NCBI GenBank assembly: GCA_036172245.1
Contig: JAYWIR010000002.1
Coordinates: forward strand, 4,588,001 to 4,652,000
Direction of reading: 5' to 3'
Length of the DNA: 64,000 nucleotides
Origin: Raillietiella orientalis
Taxonomy: Eukaryota
Shown in pieces: positions 63,050-64,000 of the stretch (its first letter is position 1; every line of letters starts with the position of its first letter). The notes under the pieces were generated by a model, which worked only from the letters and a program-made list of their open reading frames with translations, was not told where the DNA came from and ran no database searches. Made by a program: the position numbers and the translations under genes.

Positions 63050-63540
63050 GGTTCTGTTTCGCTGTTCGCCTTTCAGCTTTTCTTTTTTGGTTCGCCAAGT
63101 GCTAAAGGACTGTTCGTTTCCTTGAGGGAGGCTCTTTGAACACTGCTCCACCCCTATTGCCCGAGAACTTCCCCGAGGGTGCGTGTAACTCTTCAAGTTA
63201 TAAGAGTTGACTCCGGAGGAGACCACCCTATGGATCCAGAACGGCTCCGGAAGGAAGAGTGCTTTCCTATTACGCTTGATGAGGGAATCGCGAAGGGAGT
63301 CTCTTCCTTATTCTCTATGGAGGGACCCCCGAAAAGTACAGCTCCTTGTTTCCTCCTCCCGGAGAGAATCCCGAAGGGACGCTGCCGAATTTCTCTGATG
63401 GGGCAGCGAAGCTTCTTCTCACTCTGGAGAGGCAACTCCCGAAGGGGGATATGAACTAGCTCCATGCTACGCGATGAAGGGTTCTCCCCCGAGCGGGGGG
63501 ACGGTCGTATTTTCACAAACGGAGGGGAACCCCCAAGGGC
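63050..63540 (-). mobile_element. SINE 3' part and body, head missing
   Basis: CCGAGGGTGCGTGTAACTCTTCAAGTT..CACCCTATGGATCCAG, tandem body, AGCTCCATGCTACG. Confidence 0.8.
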
Positions 63541-63559
63541 TTTTTGAAGTCGTTGATCT

Positions 63560-64000
63560 TTTTGATCTCAGCAATCGTTGGGTCTGCAAGCAGCCCAACG
63601 ATTGCTGAGGACCCCGGTGCGATGGGCAGCAGGAGGCTCCTCCCGATCACGGTGGACCGATCGATAGTGGTCCACCTTCTGGAAATAACGTTGCGGATGA
63701 CCAAGGAGGACGTCCGCAACGAACTTGCCAAATATTGTACGGTCCACGCGTTGTAGATGAAGGCCCCCCTTCGTGGAACACCGCGAACTTCGGGAGGCCT
63801 CGCGGCAGCGCGAATCACCGTGCGCGAGGGCTGTGGGTTACCCCACAAGCTACAGGTCGCCTGGGAACCGGTAGACCTGTGGTACGTGGGGAAACCGAAA
63901 TATTGCGCTCACTGCAACGCTCCAGCTCACCTCAAAAAGAGGTGTCCAAGTGTGCAGTGCCAGCAGTGCGGTGTGGCCGCAAAGTATCGTCCGCGTCGCG
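63560..64000 (+). mobile_element. L1/Tx1-type ORF1 (RRM plus CCHC knuckles), defective, runs off window
   Basis: DVRNELAKYCTV..LPHKLQV..LWYVGKPKYCAHCNAPAHLKKRCPSVQCQQCG with an in-frame stop at 63754-63756. Confidence 0.75.

Overview
Eukaryotic, probably invertebrate, transposon-rich window with no intact protein-coding gene that I can support; the long ORFs in the track are mostly chance frames over GC-rich repeats. Two dispersed families dominate. The first is a long (~0.8-0.9 kb) tRNA-headed SINE-like repeat, about 13 full or partial copies, with an internal ~40-bp tandem array. The second is decayed L1/Tx1-clade non-LTR retrotransposon sequence (ORF1 zinc knuckles, APE endonuclease, RT, C-terminal CCHC), including seven related 3'-end copies. 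Also present are two mariner relics, a pogo/Tigger-like transposase relic and MITE, an AT-rich foldback element, a piggyBac scrap and one or two trypsin-family pseudogenes. The most notable signal is that three Tx1-like 3'-end copies sit antisense at the same position (ACCAGTGCC) of three diverged SINE copies. They have target-site duplications, a fixed 3' junction and different 5' ends, while other SINE copies show the empty site. This points to a SINE-targeting site-specific retrotransposon or a composite SINE. All calls were made by eye, and boundaries of decayed elements are approximate.
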